A stretch of DNA of 64,000 bases. Origin: Candidatus Kapaibacterium sp. Its GTDB lineage: Bacteria; Bacteroidota; Ignavibacteria; Kapaibacteriales; UBA2268. This document shows, piece by piece, positions 39,758 through 50,490 of this stretch. The translations under genes were made by a program, and so were the position numbers. Below the pieces are notes generated by a model. That model had not been told where the DNA came from. It saw only the letters and a list, made by a program, of their open reading frames with translations, and did not search any database. The stretch is taken from the NCBI GenBank assembly GCA_963665665.1, contig OY762428.1:1632001-1696000 (forward strand), given 5' to 3'. How positions within the stretch are numbered: position 1 is the stretch's first letter; each line of letters begins with the position of its first letter.

Positions 39758-42646
39758 CTACCTAACAATTGTGAACCTTCCCCGGATTCCGTTAGCGGCT
39801 ATATAGTAAGCTCCGGGAGCCAGATGTGAAATATCCAGCCTAAGGGAGCCGGAGTTCAGCGATTCAATCGGAACCAGCAGGCTGACATCGCTGCCATAAA
39901 TATCAATTATTTTCATATCGCCGTAGAAAGCAGCCGGATTGCTTGTTTCAATATTCAGCGCGTTCACTGCGGGGTTGGGGAATACTTTTATTGTTGTTTC
40001 ATTGCTAAAATTATCATCGACATCGGTAATGCCGCTTATACTTATATCGTCAATATACCAGCCGTCATTATTTCTAAATACCGAACTCCGGAAGCGGAAA
40101 CGCACAAAAATACTGTCCGTCTGCTCGAATCTGCCAATTGATATTTCCTCGTGTTTCCAGTCGTCGGCGTTTAGCTCGCCGTCGTCCCATGGATCAAAAT
40201 CAGTTATTAAATATTTTCCAAGTTCGTTCCAGTTCTCACGGTCGGTTGAATATTCAACCATGGCATCGTCGCCCTTTTCAACTATTGCGGTATGCCAGAA
40301 GCTTAGTATTATTTCCTGATTTGGCGCTGCCTCGACCGGGAAGAGCATAAGAGTATCTGCCTTGCCGTCCTCGTAGTTGCCGTCGGGGGATTCCGTTATA
40401 CAATTTGGAGCTGATTTGTAGAAAGTGCTGGTTGTTGCCCATCTGCCGGAATTGAAATATTTATTGAGTGGCAGATTATCAAAGTTTTCGCTGAGTTCAT
40501 CATTTACAGGGCCTGTATATCCGAGGACAGGGAATGATTTATCGCTGGTCTGGGGATCGATACCGGAACCGAAATCATCGCTGACCGTTGCAGTAAACAT
40601 ATAAAAACCCGGAGCAGAAAACTGATATGCAAAATTTACAACTTTGCCGGTATCTGTGGGGCTTACTTCCTCGGAACCAAGCAGCTCGCCGTCGGAAAAT
40701 ACTGCAAAACGCTTCAGAGCTGCAAGGGGTGTTTCCATGTCTGCCCTTACCGCAGGCATTTTCACATAAATCGTCGTATTGTTATCAGCTTCGCCTTTCA
40801 CATATTCTATATCAGGAAAGCGCGGCTCTTTGGCTCCGCCTGCATAAGAAAAATCTTCCTTTGCCATACTTGAATCGGAAGTTCCGATAACTCTTATCTT
40901 ATAATCATATCTTTTAAAAGGCTCAAGCCCCGAGTCTGTGTAGCTGTCCGTTCCCGAAGGAAGCTGCATAAAATACTCCCCGTCGCGCCATAATGAATAA
41001 TGAAATTCTCCTATCGGAGCGCCAAATGAAGTTTCTGTCGGTTCTTCCCAACTAAGTTCAAGGGAAGTAGGATCGGCTGCAAAAACTGACGCTTCAAAAT
41101 TTTGTACCGGAAGCGGCGCTCTTGTATTAACTATTGCGGTATAAACATCACTGTCAAAAACATCACTTACAGCATTCCGCATATCAATCCACGAAGGATA
41201 TATAATTCCGTCGTAGAAAGCACACCCGCTGTAATCGCCGGCAAATGCATTGCCGGTAAAGGGATTCAGTCTCAGGTCGCCGGAAACATCGGCAGCGGGG
41301 CGGTCTATCCATGTATCACCGCCGTCGGAGCTGTAGCTTACCCAGCATTCCACCATGATATTATCCGGATCGCGGCGGCTGTCCAGATACATAATTGCAA
41401 GGTCACCGTTCAAAGGGTCAATAGCCAGCCAGGGCCAGAACTGATCATTTGTGTTATCTGAATGAACGGTTATCGGATCCGTCCATGTTTCACCCTGATC
41501 CATTGATTTTGAAAAGTATATATTTGGCACTCTGTCTGCAGCCCAGATAAGATAAATCGCTCCGTTATTGGGACCGCCGGTAACATCAGTTACCATTGCG
41601 GGATAGGCCTCGGCACGAACTTTTCCTTTCACTGAGTGACGCCATCCCTGTCCGGGAAGATTCCTGGTTTCACCGAAAATTTCATAGTGATGCACAATTT
41701 TTGCATCCGAAAATGTTTCGCCTCCATCCATTGATTTTGCAAAACCAACGCCGTGCTCTATACCGTGATTCCACACCACGTAAACCTCGCCATTAGGCCC
41801 GCAGGCTGCCAAAGGCCAGCTTTGGCCGTAAGTAGTATCTTCAGTTGTACCTGTAAGCCTGTCGGAAACACCAACAGGAACAGTCCATGTATCACCGCCA
41901 TCAACGGATTTCGACATTACAATCTGTGTGGCTGAATCGCGTGGGCTCATTCTTTTCCAGGGAATGTACAGATCGCTGTAATGAGGCGAAGAAGGGCTGT
42001 TATCAACAGTAATATAGTATTTATCTTCGAATGAAGAATCAAGTGTCATGGTTCCTCTGTGAAGGATGACGGGAATATGCTGTTCCCATGTTCTGCCCTC
42101 GTCGAAGCTGCGGGCAAAGAAAACACCATTCTCGCCCATCAGCACTCCGCCGCTGCTCATTGTTCCGAAACCGCCATGAACAAGATAGCCCACGCCCTCG
42201 TTGCTAAAAGCCACTGAGGGGTCGTTGGAAGACCTCCATGTTCCGAATACATGCCCGAGGTTAATGTTTTCCCAGGTTTTACCGCCGTCGTGGGAAACAT
42301 ACACCCATGTGGCCGAGTTATCTCTGTAGTCCACTGCCGATGCAATCAGGTTCAGCGGATTTGTAGGGTTCACGGCAATGGAGGATTCATTCTGTACCCT
42401 GTTTCCGAGGGCATCGGCATCAACAGTTGTGCTTGAATTCAGGAAAAGCGCCGATTTTGATGTTTCGGCAAGAGGCAGCATAGAAGGCACTTTCGGGGCT
42501 TTCATCGGCGTAGGGTGCGCCGATTCCATGAAACGTCCGAAAGCGGATCCGGCTTCCTGTATTTCATCTTTGGGCTTGTCCGGGTTTGCCGGTGCAAGGC
42601 TCGAAATACAAAATAATGTTATCAATATGGTTAAAACTTTTTTCAT
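39758..42646 (-). CDS. T9SS-sorted sialidase-like BNR propeller + FN3 protein
   Basis: QNESSIAVNPTNP; multiple SxDGGxTW Asp boxes; GDYSG; FN3 LSWEEP...YDYKI; GWYIDDI; CTD VFPNPA...LAPGAYYI. Confidence 0.85.
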   Translation of the reverse strand: MKKVLTILITLFCISSLAPANPDKPKDEIQEAGSAFGRFMESAHPTPMKAPKVPSMLPLAETSKSALFLNSSTTVDADALGNRVQNESSIAVNPTNPLNLIASAVDYRDNSATWVYVSHDGGKTWENINLGHVFGTWRSSNDPSVAFSNEGVGYLVHGGFGTMSSGGVLMGENGVFFARSFDEGRTWEQHIPVILHRGTMTLDSSFEDKYYITVDNSPSSPHYSDLYIPWKRMSPRDSATQIVMSKSVDGGDTWTVPVGVSDRLTGTTEDTTYGQSWPLAACGPNGEVYVVWNHGIEHGVGFAKSMDGGETFSDAKIVHHYEIFGETRNLPGQGWRHSVKGKVRAEAYPAMVTDVTGGPNNGAIYLIWAADRVPNIYFSKSMDQGETWTDPITVHSDNTNDQFWPWLAIDPLNGDLAIMYLDSRRDPDNIMVECWVSYSSDGGDTWIDRPAADVSGDLRLNPFTGNAFAGDYSGCAFYDGIIYPSWIDMRNAVSDVFDSDVYTAIVNTRAPLPVQNFEASVFAADPTSLELSWEEPTETSFGAPIGEFHYSLWRDGEYFMQLPSGTDSYTDSGLEPFKRYDYKIRVIGTSDSSMAKEDFSYAGGAKEPRFPDIEYVKGEADNNTTIYVKMPAVRADMETPLAALKRFAVFSDGELLGSEEVSPTDTGKVVNFAYQFSAPGFYMFTATVSDDFGSGIDPQTSDKSFPVLGYTGPVNDELSENFDNLPLNKYFNSGRWATTSTFYKSAPNCITESPDGNYEDGKADTLMLFPVEAAPNQEIILSFWHTAIVEKGDDAMVEYSTDRENWNELGKYLITDFDPWDDGELNADDWKHEEISIGRFEQTDSIFVRFRFRSSVFRNNDGWYIDDISISGITDVDDNFSNETTIKVFPNPAVNALNIETSNPAAFYGDMKIIDIYGSDVSLLVPIESLNSGSLRLDISHLAPGAYYIAANGIRGRFTIVR

Positions 42647-42866
42647 TACAGACACTCCGGTTCAATTATTAAAAATCATTATAATATATTGAATTTTGCA
42701 ATGAAAGTAAAGCGGGAAATAAGAAATAGTTGGCTGCCACGCCGGAATAGTAAAAAGTTGCGCCGTTTTTTGTAATACACTTGATTGATTTAGAATAAAG
42801 GAGTATATTGAGATAGGAATTAAAACAAAGCTAAATGGAATAATTCGTTTAAATAGTTGAGAGAAA

Positions 42867-43910
42867 ATGAAACTATTTACAATTGATAATAACGGTAAAT
42901 TCGTCCAATTCAGGGAGCAGGATTTCAAAGAACAGAACAAAGAGATTGATTTGGAGGTTCTTCTTGAAAACAACCCGGAATATTTTTTTGATAATTCAAA
43001 AATCCTGATCATCGGAAGACAGGTAACAACAAATTTGAATACATTCATTGATTTGCTTGGAATTGACCAATTTGGAAATACGGTGGTAATTGAATTAAAA
43101 AGAGGAAAGACTGCACGGGATACTGTAGCACAACTTATTGAATACGCATCCTATATCGACAATCTGGATTACGAACAACTGAACGAAATCTATCAAAATT
43201 ATTCAGGAGAAGACGCTACTCTTGAAGATTATTACCAGGAATATTTCAAATCGGATATTGAAGAAAAACTTTCCTGGAATAAAAGCTCCAAACTTGTTAT
43301 TGTCGCTTCGGATATAACAAAGGATATTAAGCAAACAGCGTTGTATTTACGAAAAAAAGGCTTAAATATATTTTGCGTTGAATTTAAATATTTCGTTAAT
43401 ACAGCAAACAAAAAGATGATTTCCAGCGATTTTATTGTTGGGGATGAAGAATTTATAAGAACAAAAGCAAGCTCTTCCTCGCCATTGCCAAAAACTGATA
43501 AAAGTAAATTCATGTCGGAATTAGATATTATTGGGAAAGAAGTATTTAATGCTTTATTCGATTTTGCAGATAAAGAAGGATTATCAATCCGCTGGGGTTC
43601 AAAAGGATTTTCTTTGAACAAGCTATTTGAAAATGAATTTGTCGGATTATGTTTCGGTTATCCTCCCGGCGCGGTTTTCAAACAAAGCATTTACACCGGA
43701 TTTGAAGAAATCCGAAAAAAAGTTAACAATGCCGATTCAATAATTGATTTCTATAAAAAGGAACTGAAAAAAACAGATAGATTTCAACCGGCAAAATCCA
43801 ATTTGAAATGGGTTTTAAATAAATCAATCAGTAATAGCGATATTGATAAATATTTGGAAATTTTGAAACAGGTAATTATAAAGATTGATAAGGCAGGATT
43901 GAAAAATTAA
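42867..43910 (+). CDS. NucS/DUF91-like PD-(D/E)XK endonuclease domain protein
   Basis: E..LE..L, IGRQV, IDLLGIDQFGNTVVIELKRG and AQLIEYA motifs. Confidence 0.78.
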   Translation: MKLFTIDNNGKFVQFREQDFKEQNKEIDLEVLLENNPEYFFDNSKILIIGRQVTTNLNTFIDLLGIDQFGNTVVIELKRGKTARDTVAQLIEYASYIDNLDYEQLNEIYQNYSGEDATLEDYYQEYFKSDIEEKLSWNKSSKLVIVASDITKDIKQTALYLRKKGLNIFCVEFKYFVNTANKKMISSDFIVGDEEFIRTKASSSSPLPKTDKSKFMSELDIIGKEVFNALFDFADKEGLSIRWGSKGFSLNKLFENEFVGLCFGYPPGAVFKQSIYTGFEEIRKKVNNADSIIDFYKKELKKTDRFQPAKSNLKWVLNKSISNSDIDKYLEILKQVIIKIDKAGLKN

Positions 43911-44145
43911 TTGGGAACAGGTTACTGATTTTGTAAAATTCTACCAATGGGTTGAAAAGATGTTTTAAGAATTTATTTTGCTAAAGTGGTTATGAATTAT
44001 CATAAATATCAATGTTTTACGTTTTAAAAACAGAGTTAAAGACAAATTGATTGACTAATGTTGGCAAAAATATTATTTAGGAATACTCAGTAATCTTTAT
44101 TCGTTTCATTTTTAATTGTGTATTTTTTGCAATGAGATTGTATTA

Positions 44146-44331
44146 ATGAAATGTTCGGAACTATACAGGCTTCTGATAAAAGACGGATGGTATCCGATAT
44201 CACAAAAAGGTTCGCATATAAAGATGAAACATGATTTCAAACAGAAATTGATTATTTTCCCCAACCACGGCAGCCATGAAGTTGGCAAGGGACTTGAGAA
44301 AAAAATTCTGAAAGACGCTGAATTAAATTGA
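44146..44331 (+). CDS. hicA: HicA family toxin
   Basis: 61 aa; L..DGW....QKGSHIKMKH...PNHGSHEVGKGL..KILKDA. Confidence 0.9.
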   Translation: MKCSELYRLLIKDGWYPISQKGSHIKMKHDFKQKLIIFPNHGSHEVGKGLEKKILKDAELN

Positions 44332-44345
44332 CGACTGATTAAAGG

Positions 44346-44750
44346 ATGATTATGAATTTTTTAAAAAATAAAATATTAATGATCGTTGAAAAAACTGATA
44401 CCGGCTTTTCGGCTTATAGTAAAAATCACCCGATATTTACTACCGGGCTTACAATTACCGAATTGATTGATAATGCATTAGAGGCTGCAAATCTATATTT
44501 CGAAGAAGAAGATTTTGAAATTCAGGAAGAAAATCTCAAATTTGAAGTTGATTTTAAAGAATTCTTTCAATATTATAAAGCTCTGAATCCCGAGTATTTA
44601 GCTGAGAAAATAGGTATGAATCATGTATTATTGTCCCAATATTTAGAAGGACAGAAGAAACCTTCAGATGAACAGACAGAAAAAATTTTATATGGTATTC
44701 ACGAGATTGGCAGGGAATTATCAGAAATCAACCTGATCTACAAACGTTGA
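44346..44750 (+). CDS. hicB: HicB-like antitoxin with C-terminal HTH
   Basis: VEKTDTGFSAY...TTGLTITEL..N..EA; LAEKIGMN..LLSQY..G.KKPS HTH; directly follows hicA. Confidence 0.85.
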   Translation: MIMNFLKNKILMIVEKTDTGFSAYSKNHPIFTTGLTITELIDNALEAANLYFEEEDFEIQEENLKFEVDFKEFFQYYKALNPEYLAEKIGMNHVLLSQYLEGQKKPSDEQTEKILYGIHEIGRELSEINLIYKR

Positions 44751-44837
44751 TGAAGTTTTTACTTCCAATGATTTATTTTATACCACACACATTCTATTAG
44801 GTAAAATATGTTTTTATCAACAAACCTTTAAAAAATA

Positions 44838-45725
44838 TCACAGCAATTCGGATAGATATTTCAGCGCTATGAATATTATTGAAGCAGTAAGAATTATTTT
44901 TATAAGGTTTGCCGGCAGATATTTTTGAACCCTTGCTCCGGTATAAATTCCAGCAAAGCCTCCGATACCAAGAAGAAAGCCGTTGAGCCAGTCCGGGGTT
45001 ATAGCAATTCCGGGATAATAATTTGATAGTATCATAAAAAATATAACGCCTGATAGTGAAGTCAGGAAAGTACTGAACAAACATGCTCCGGCAATTGTAT
45101 ATACAGGCAGGCGGTAAAAACTGATCAGAATCGGCGCAATAATTGCCCCTCCGCCAATGCCGTAAGCTCCCCCGACAATTCCAATAAATAAGCTTATAAA
45201 AGCCAGGCTTAAATGCGGGATACGATATTCAATACCGGAATAGGAAAAAGACGTATGTGAAAATGATATACTGTTGACGGAAACCCTGGCATTTATTTCA
45301 GCCTTTTCTTTAGGCTCTGATTTATTACTCCTGCCTGCCAGTAAAGTCTTTAGCATCCTTATGCCGATGTATATTAACACTAATCCGGCGAAAATTTTAA
45401 AATTTCCGGGGTCAGGTAGTAGTTCAATCCTGATAACAGCACCAATGAAAACTCCCGGAAAGGTACCCACCGACAATGATAATGCCAGGGGCCAAAGCAT
45501 TCTTCCTTCACGGATGAACCTGTAAACACCTCCGGGAATAGCCAGAATATTGAAAAGGTGGTTTGTAGCACTTACACCGGGGCCGGTAAGCCCTAAAACT
45601 GACATTTGGAATGGAAGTAATAAAAAAGCCCCCGAAACACCCCCGACAGATGTGAATAGGGAAATAATAAATGCTGACAAAGGCAAAATCAAAACAAAGA
45701 TATCTGTGTCGGCAAAGATTCCCAT
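44838..45725 (-). CDS. Sulfite exporter TauE/SafE family protein
   Basis: GGVSGAFLLLP and GAYGIGGGAIIAP repeated motifs; multi-TM. Confidence 0.88.
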   Translation of the reverse strand: MGIFADTDIFVLILPLSAFIISLFTSVGGVSGAFLLLPFQMSVLGLTGPGVSATNHLFNILAIPGGVYRFIREGRMLWPLALSLSVGTFPGVFIGAVIRIELLPDPGNFKIFAGLVLIYIGIRMLKTLLAGRSNKSEPKEKAEINARVSVNSISFSHTSFSYSGIEYRIPHLSLAFISLFIGIVGGAYGIGGGAIIAPILISFYRLPVYTIAGACLFSTFLTSLSGVIFFMILSNYYPGIAITPDWLNGFLLGIGGFAGIYTGARVQKYLPANLIKIILTASIIFIALKYLSELL

Positions 45726-45740
45726 AATATCTTCTGATAA

Positions 45741-46088
45741 TTATTTTTCTCTGATTATTTCCGGTGGTGTTTGCGGCCTTTCCATACCAAGTTTTTTTCT
45801 GGCTATACCCGTAATTCTTTCAGCGCTTTCCAGATCTGCTATTTTAGTGCCCAGAAGTTCATTACTGATATTAAGCGATTTCTTTTGTTTTTCCATTTGC
45901 CTGATTTCATAAAGCAAACCGTTTACCTTGTTAACGTTGAATATATAAAAAATCGTTAACGATGCTGCAATGGTAATAATTGCAAAAACCGACCACCTGC
46001 TCATTTTGAATAAAGCGGAGGAGGATTTTTTATCCTTTTCGGTAAAATCATTTTGCTCTGTATTTTCGAAATCTTCTATCATATTCAT
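45741..46088 (-). CDS. FtsL-like cell division protein
   Basis: Short cytoplasmic N-terminus, one TM, coiled coil, LESAERITGIARKKLGM.P. Confidence 0.65.
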   Translation of the reverse strand: MNMIEDFENTEQNDFTEKDKKSSSALFKMSRWSVFAIITIAASLTIFYIFNVNKVNGLLYEIRQMEKQKKSLNISNELLGTKIADLESAERITGIARKKLGMERPQTPPEIIREK

Positions 46089-46089
46089 A

Positions 46090-47358
46090 TTACCCGATAT
46101 CTGCTACCATTGCCAGTTCTCTTGCCAGTTCTCCTGTCAGCAGGCTGCGGTCGTACTTTGAAGTAAAATCAACGCTTATTTCCGGCAGGTTTCCGGTTTT
46201 CCACATATTATAATATTTAGCAATAGCGCTCTCGATGGCTTTAACGTCTTTCGGATCAGTACATATTGCACAGCCGGATTCCTCGGCAATAGTTCTCATA
46301 ATACCGGGAGGAGATGAAACAAGCAAGGGTTTGCGTGCGCCAAAATATTCGTATAATTTGCCCGGAGTTCGAATTGTATCGTTCAGCATCATCCAGAGTA
46401 CATCAGAATTAATAATATGACCGACGGCTTCTTTATGCGGAACATATCCAACTAAATCAACATTGGATTCCAATCCCATTTTCTTAACCATTTTTGTATG
46501 GCTGCTTCTCATCAGTCCAACAAATTTTGCGTTTATATCTTTGCCTGCTGATGGATTTTTTTCTATAAAATTCTTCAGCGCTTTCAGAAAATACTTTGGT
46601 GTTCTGTTATCCTGGAATACACCGGAATGAGTAATTGTGAATTTTTCGCTTTTTTGAATTTCCGGGCTGAAATAGAAATCATCAGGATCAAAACCATGAG
46701 GTATTATCAGTACATCATTGTGATTCAGAAATCTGTATCTTTTCAGCAGCAATTCCTTTGAATACCTCGTTGTAACAATTGCTTTTTCCGCATGAGTCAG
46801 GATATCCGTTTCAAGGTTTATACTCCTGTTTTTATGGAAAGGAGTAGGATAGAAATGAAAAGGGTTATCCACCCATGTATCACGGTAATCAACAATAAAT
46901 GGTTTGGAGAATTTTTTAGAGAGTTCATTTGCCACCAGGAAATCAGTAAAGGGTGGTGCAGTTGAAAATATAGCATTTACGGGGTATTCCCTCATTATTT
47001 TCTCGCCCATTTTTACTGCTGATTTTTTCCAGCCGATTTTACTGTCCGGCTGATATATTGTCTGCAGAATGCCACGCCCGATTTTCTGTGTAAAATAGGA
47101 CGGGAATTTTTTCTCTTTTTCTTTTTTCTTAGGGGCTTTATTATTTTTTGAAGCCCTGAAAACCTCTATCCCTTCTTTATCAATTTCAAAAGCCAGGGAT
47201 TCATCATAAGCATAATATGATTTTGGCTGTGCTGTAAGTACAATAACCTTCCATCCGTACTGAGGCAGGTATTTCACGAATTTCATTGTCCTCTGAACGC
47301 CGCTAAGCCCCATGGGCGGAAAGTAGTATGCAATTACCAATAAAGTATTCTGGAACAT
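46090..47358 (-). CDS. Glycosyltransferase family 4 (GT-B)
   Basis: IAYYFPP..SGVQR..KFVKYL...GW, TAPP, DYRDTW and PGKLYEY motifs. Confidence 0.88.
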   Translation of the reverse strand: MFQNTLLVIAYYFPPMGLSGVQRTMKFVKYLPQYGWKVIVLTAQPKSYYAYDESLAFEIDKEGIEVFRASKNNKAPKKKEKEKKFPSYFTQKIGRGILQTIYQPDSKIGWKKSAVKMGEKIMREYPVNAIFSTAPPFTDFLVANELSKKFSKPFIVDYRDTWVDNPFHFYPTPFHKNRSINLETDILTHAEKAIVTTRYSKELLLKRYRFLNHNDVLIIPHGFDPDDFYFSPEIQKSEKFTITHSGVFQDNRTPKYFLKALKNFIEKNPSAGKDINAKFVGLMRSSHTKMVKKMGLESNVDLVGYVPHKEAVGHIINSDVLWMMLNDTIRTPGKLYEYFGARKPLLVSSPPGIMRTIAEESGCAICTDPKDVKAIESAIAKYYNMWKTGNLPEISVDFTSKYDRSLLTGELARELAMVADIG

Positions 47359-47566
47359 TTTTCATCCCGAAAAATCATTCAAAACCGGCATTTATCCCCC
47401 TGCCGTGATGCAAAAATACTAATATTTACAGCAGTAAAAAAAAATTATAGGAACCGGCTGATCAATTATAATTATATCTGCCATTATTTCATGCATTTAA
47501 CAGCAGGTCATTCAATAAAAAAATCCGGCTGAATACCGGATTTTATGGTTAAAGTTCATTTCCGGA

Positions 47567-47926
47567 TCAATATAGCTTATAACCTTCAAGCAGTGCTTCG
47601 GTTGCAAGGCGGTTACTTAATTCAGTTCTGACCATTTCCTTAAGGCCGGACATATTAAGAACCTCGGCAACCTGAGCCTGGACTCCGGTAAGTACAATAT
47701 CGCCTTTTTTATTACGAAGCAGATTGGCAGTAGCAAGTATCACCCTTATGCCAACTGAACTTATATACTTAACATTTTCAAGGTTAACAACTATAAAACA
47801 TTTTTCTTCAGCAATTTTTTTCAGGTCTTCATCGATCTGAGAATGTGTGCTGTTATCAACTCTTTCAAATTCTACATTATATTCAGCAATCTGTTCTTTG
47901 CTGTCAGCTTTAACTTTTAAGCCCAT
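47567..47926 (-). CDS. STAS-domain anti-sigma factor antagonist
   Basis: VVNLENVKYISSVGIRV...V.EVLNMSGL. Confidence 0.85.
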   Translation of the reverse strand: MGLKVKADSKEQIAEYNVEFERVDNSTHSQIDEDLKKIAEEKCFIVVNLENVKYISSVGIRVILATANLLRNKKGDIVLTGVQAQVAEVLNMSGLKEMVRTELSNRLATEALLEGYKLY

Positions 47927-48017
47927 AATTTTCTCCGAAAGTTTTGTTTAAAGAGTAATTCAAAGAATTAGCAAATATATATTATTTATGGAATTTATCA
48001 AAGAATAAAAGAATGTA

Positions 48018-48677
48018 TTATTTATCAGACTTTAGTTCAGTATCATTTTTTTCATTTTCTTTTTCATTCTTGCTGTCATCAGCATCCGGTTTCCATAATT
48101 TCCCGGAGTTTACAACCGACATTGCCTGGCCTTCCCCAAGCCTGACAAGAGTTTCGATACTTTCAACAGCCCTTGAAACCATAATATCTTTATCAGATAT
48201 CTCATCGTCCCTGAAGCTTGAAAGCACATAATCAACCATTTCCCCCGATTCAAACCCTTTGCCTATTCCACATCTCAGGCGGAAAAATTCATTTGAATCG
48301 AGTTCTTCAATTATTGAAGCTATACCATTATGCCCGCCGTCACCGCCGCCACGACGCAAATGAACCTTCCCGACGGGAAAATTATATTCGTCACAAATTG
48401 CCACAACTCTTTCCGGAGCTATGCCAAAATCCTTGCAAACCTCTGAAACAGCTTCGCCAGACAGGTTCATGAATGTTGTAGGCATTATCATAAGAACAAG
48501 CTGCCCGTTAATTCTTTGTGCTGAATGCATATATTTAGGGCTGAACTGCATAACAGGTTTCTTGTATTTTTCAGCCAGTGCAGTACCTACCATCCAACCG
48601 ATATTATGGCGTGAATGTTTGTACTTATCACCCGGGTTGCCAAGCCCCGCAATCAGCCATTCTACTTTTGAAGCCAT
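48018..48677 (-). CDS. pth: Peptidyl-tRNA hydrolase
   Basis: GLGNPG..Y..SRHNIG, PTTFMNLSG, GGHNG, RLRCGIG and YVL motifs. Confidence 0.96.
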   Translation of the reverse strand: MASKVEWLIAGLGNPGDKYKHSRHNIGWMVGTALAEKYKKPVMQFSPKYMHSAQRINGQLVLMIMPTTFMNLSGEAVSEVCKDFGIAPERVVAICDEYNFPVGKVHLRRGGGDGGHNGIASIIEELDSNEFFRLRCGIGKGFESGEMVDYVLSSFRDDEISDKDIMVSRAVESIETLVRLGEGQAMSVVNSGKLWKPDADDSKNEKENEKNDTELKSDK

Positions 48678-48741
48678 ATTTTTTCCTTAAAAAAAAAGGG
48701 TATCTGCAACAGATACCCCCGATATAAAAATTTCATCAAAT

Positions 48742-49365
48742 CTATTCTTCTGTTGCTTCTTCTTTCTCTTCGCCCTCTTCGCCTTCTTCGCCTTCTTCAT
48801 CATCAGCATCAGAGCTGAGACGTGATTTAACAACAGAAACAACAACAGTATCGCCCGGAATGGCAAATTCAACATTTTCCATCTGAGCCTGCCCAATAGT
48901 CAGGGACTGGCCAACATTAAGTTCGGAAATGTCTAATTCAATAAATTCAGGCAAGTGCCTTGGGAAGCATGAAACCTGGATTTTACGAAGTGCCTGCTGA
49001 ACAATACCTCCAAGACGTTCACCAATTGCCTGGCCTTTAAGAACCACGGGTACCTCTGCTGTCATTTCCACACCGCGTTTAATTCCGAGGAGATCAAAAT
49101 GCAGAACAGAATCTGTTATCGGGTGAAGCGATACATCTTTAAGGAAGCATTCCCTTGGTTCGGCTTCGCCTTCAATTTCCAGATTTACAATACGCATTGC
49201 CGAAGTATAAACAACTGGTTTCAAATCCAGTGGCTCTGCGGAAATCGGGATATTTCCTTCTTCTTTGAAATAGAAAATACCAGGTACTAAACCTTCTCTT
49301 CTTGTCTGGCTGGCCGCACTCTTGCCTGTCTCTCTTTTCTTTACTTTTAAGTTTATTACACTCAT
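48742..49365 (-). CDS. rplY: 50S ribosomal protein L25/Ctc
   Basis: RETGK..RREGLVPG, HP.TD..LHFD, VPVVLKG; acidic tail; prs-rplY-pth synteny. Confidence 0.93.
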   Translation of the reverse strand: MSVINLKVKKRETGKSAASQTRREGLVPGIFYFKEEGNIPISAEPLDLKPVVYTSAMRIVNLEIEGEAEPRECFLKDVSLHPITDSVLHFDLLGIKRGVEMTAEVPVVLKGQAIGERLGGIVQQALRKIQVSCFPRHLPEFIELDISELNVGQSLTIGQAQMENVEFAIPGDTVVVSVVKSRLSSDADDEEGEEGEEGEEKEEATEE

Positions 49366-49424
49366 TACTATATATCCTTAAAAAAGATTTATATTTTATT
49401 TCTTATTGTTTCTATATAATATAA

Positions 49425-50363
49425 TTATCTTTCAATTTCAAATAACGAACTGATCGACCTGTTATCATGTGTCCTGATAATAGCTTCAGCCAGAAGTTCA
49501 CTAACTGATACAACCTCAATTTTATCATAATCTCTTTTCATTGGTATTGTATCTGTTACAAATATCTTATCAACAGCACTTGTAGCTTCAATTTTGTCCA
49601 ATGCCTGGCCGGAGAACACGGGGTGAACACAAACGCCGGTTATTTGCAAAGCGCCGCGTTCCTTCAATGTTTCGGCAGTACGTACAAAAGTAGTACCGGT
49701 ATCGATCATATCATCAACAATAATTACATTTTTCTCATTGACATCACCAATCACATGTACTATCTCGGCAACATTGTGTGCAGGCCTTCTCTTGTCAACA
49801 AGAACCAGGTCGGCATCCATTCTTTTTGCATAAGCACGAGCTGTTTTGATACCACCGACATCGGGAGAAGCAACTACCAGAGAATCCATTTTCTGGCGAC
49901 GAAGCCTGCGAATCAAAACGGGAGAAGCATAAAGGTGATCCATCGGGATATCGAAAAATCCCTGTATCTGTGATGAATGAAGGTCGATAGTAATAATTCT
50001 GTCAGCCCCGGCACTTGTAAGCAAATTTGCCATAAGTTTTGCTGTTACCGGCACTCTCGGCTGATCTTTTCTGTCCTGTCGGGCATATCCAAAATAAGGA
50101 ATAACTGCGGTAACCCGCTTAACTGATGCCCTTTTTGCCGCGTCAAGCATAAGCAGCATTTCGAGCCAGTTCTCAGCAGGTGCAGTAGCAGACTGAATTA
50201 CGAAAAGGTCAACACCGCGAACATTGTCTTCGTATTTTACCCATAATTCCCCGTCAGAGAAATTACGAATAGTGGTTTCAGACAACTCAACTCCGAGATG
50301 TGCAGCAACTTTCTGTGCTAATTTAACGTTTGAACGTCCGGTTACAACTTTCAGGTCTAACAT
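49425..50363 (-). CDS. prs: Ribose-phosphate pyrophosphokinase
   Basis: FSDGE, PYFGYARQDRK, DLHSSQIQGFF, SPDVGG and VDDMIDTGTT motifs. Confidence 0.97.
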   Translation of the reverse strand: MLDLKVVTGRSNVKLAQKVAAHLGVELSETTIRNFSDGELWVKYEDNVRGVDLFVIQSATAPAENWLEMLLMLDAAKRASVKRVTAVIPYFGYARQDRKDQPRVPVTAKLMANLLTSAGADRIITIDLHSSQIQGFFDIPMDHLYASPVLIRRLRRQKMDSLVVASPDVGGIKTARAYAKRMDADLVLVDKRRPAHNVAEIVHVIGDVNEKNVIIVDDMIDTGTTFVRTAETLKERGALQITGVCVHPVFSGQALDKIEATSAVDKIFVTDTIPMKRDYDKIEVVSVSELLAEAIIRTHDNRSISSLFEIER

Positions 50364-50393
50364 ATTAAAATCACCTTTGTAAAAAAATTACAG

Positions 50394-50467
50394 CTGGGGC
50401 GGCAGGATTCGAACCTGCGTATGTCGGCTCCAAAGGCCGATGCCTTAGTCCACTTGGCGACGCCCCA
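50394..50467 (-). tRNA. tRNA-Gln (TTG)
   Basis: TGGGGCG...TCGGC-CTTTGGA-GCCGA anticodon arm, GGTTCGAATCC T-loop, ...CGCCCCAG; CCA not encoded; usual position upstream of prs. Confidence 0.96.
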
Positions 50468-50490
50468 GTGGTACTACTCTTTAGAGCTTA

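Noticed and set aside
42720-42800. attC-like or cassette boundary before the nuclease gene
   Set aside because: No convincing paired R/L boxes, no second copy and no integrase.
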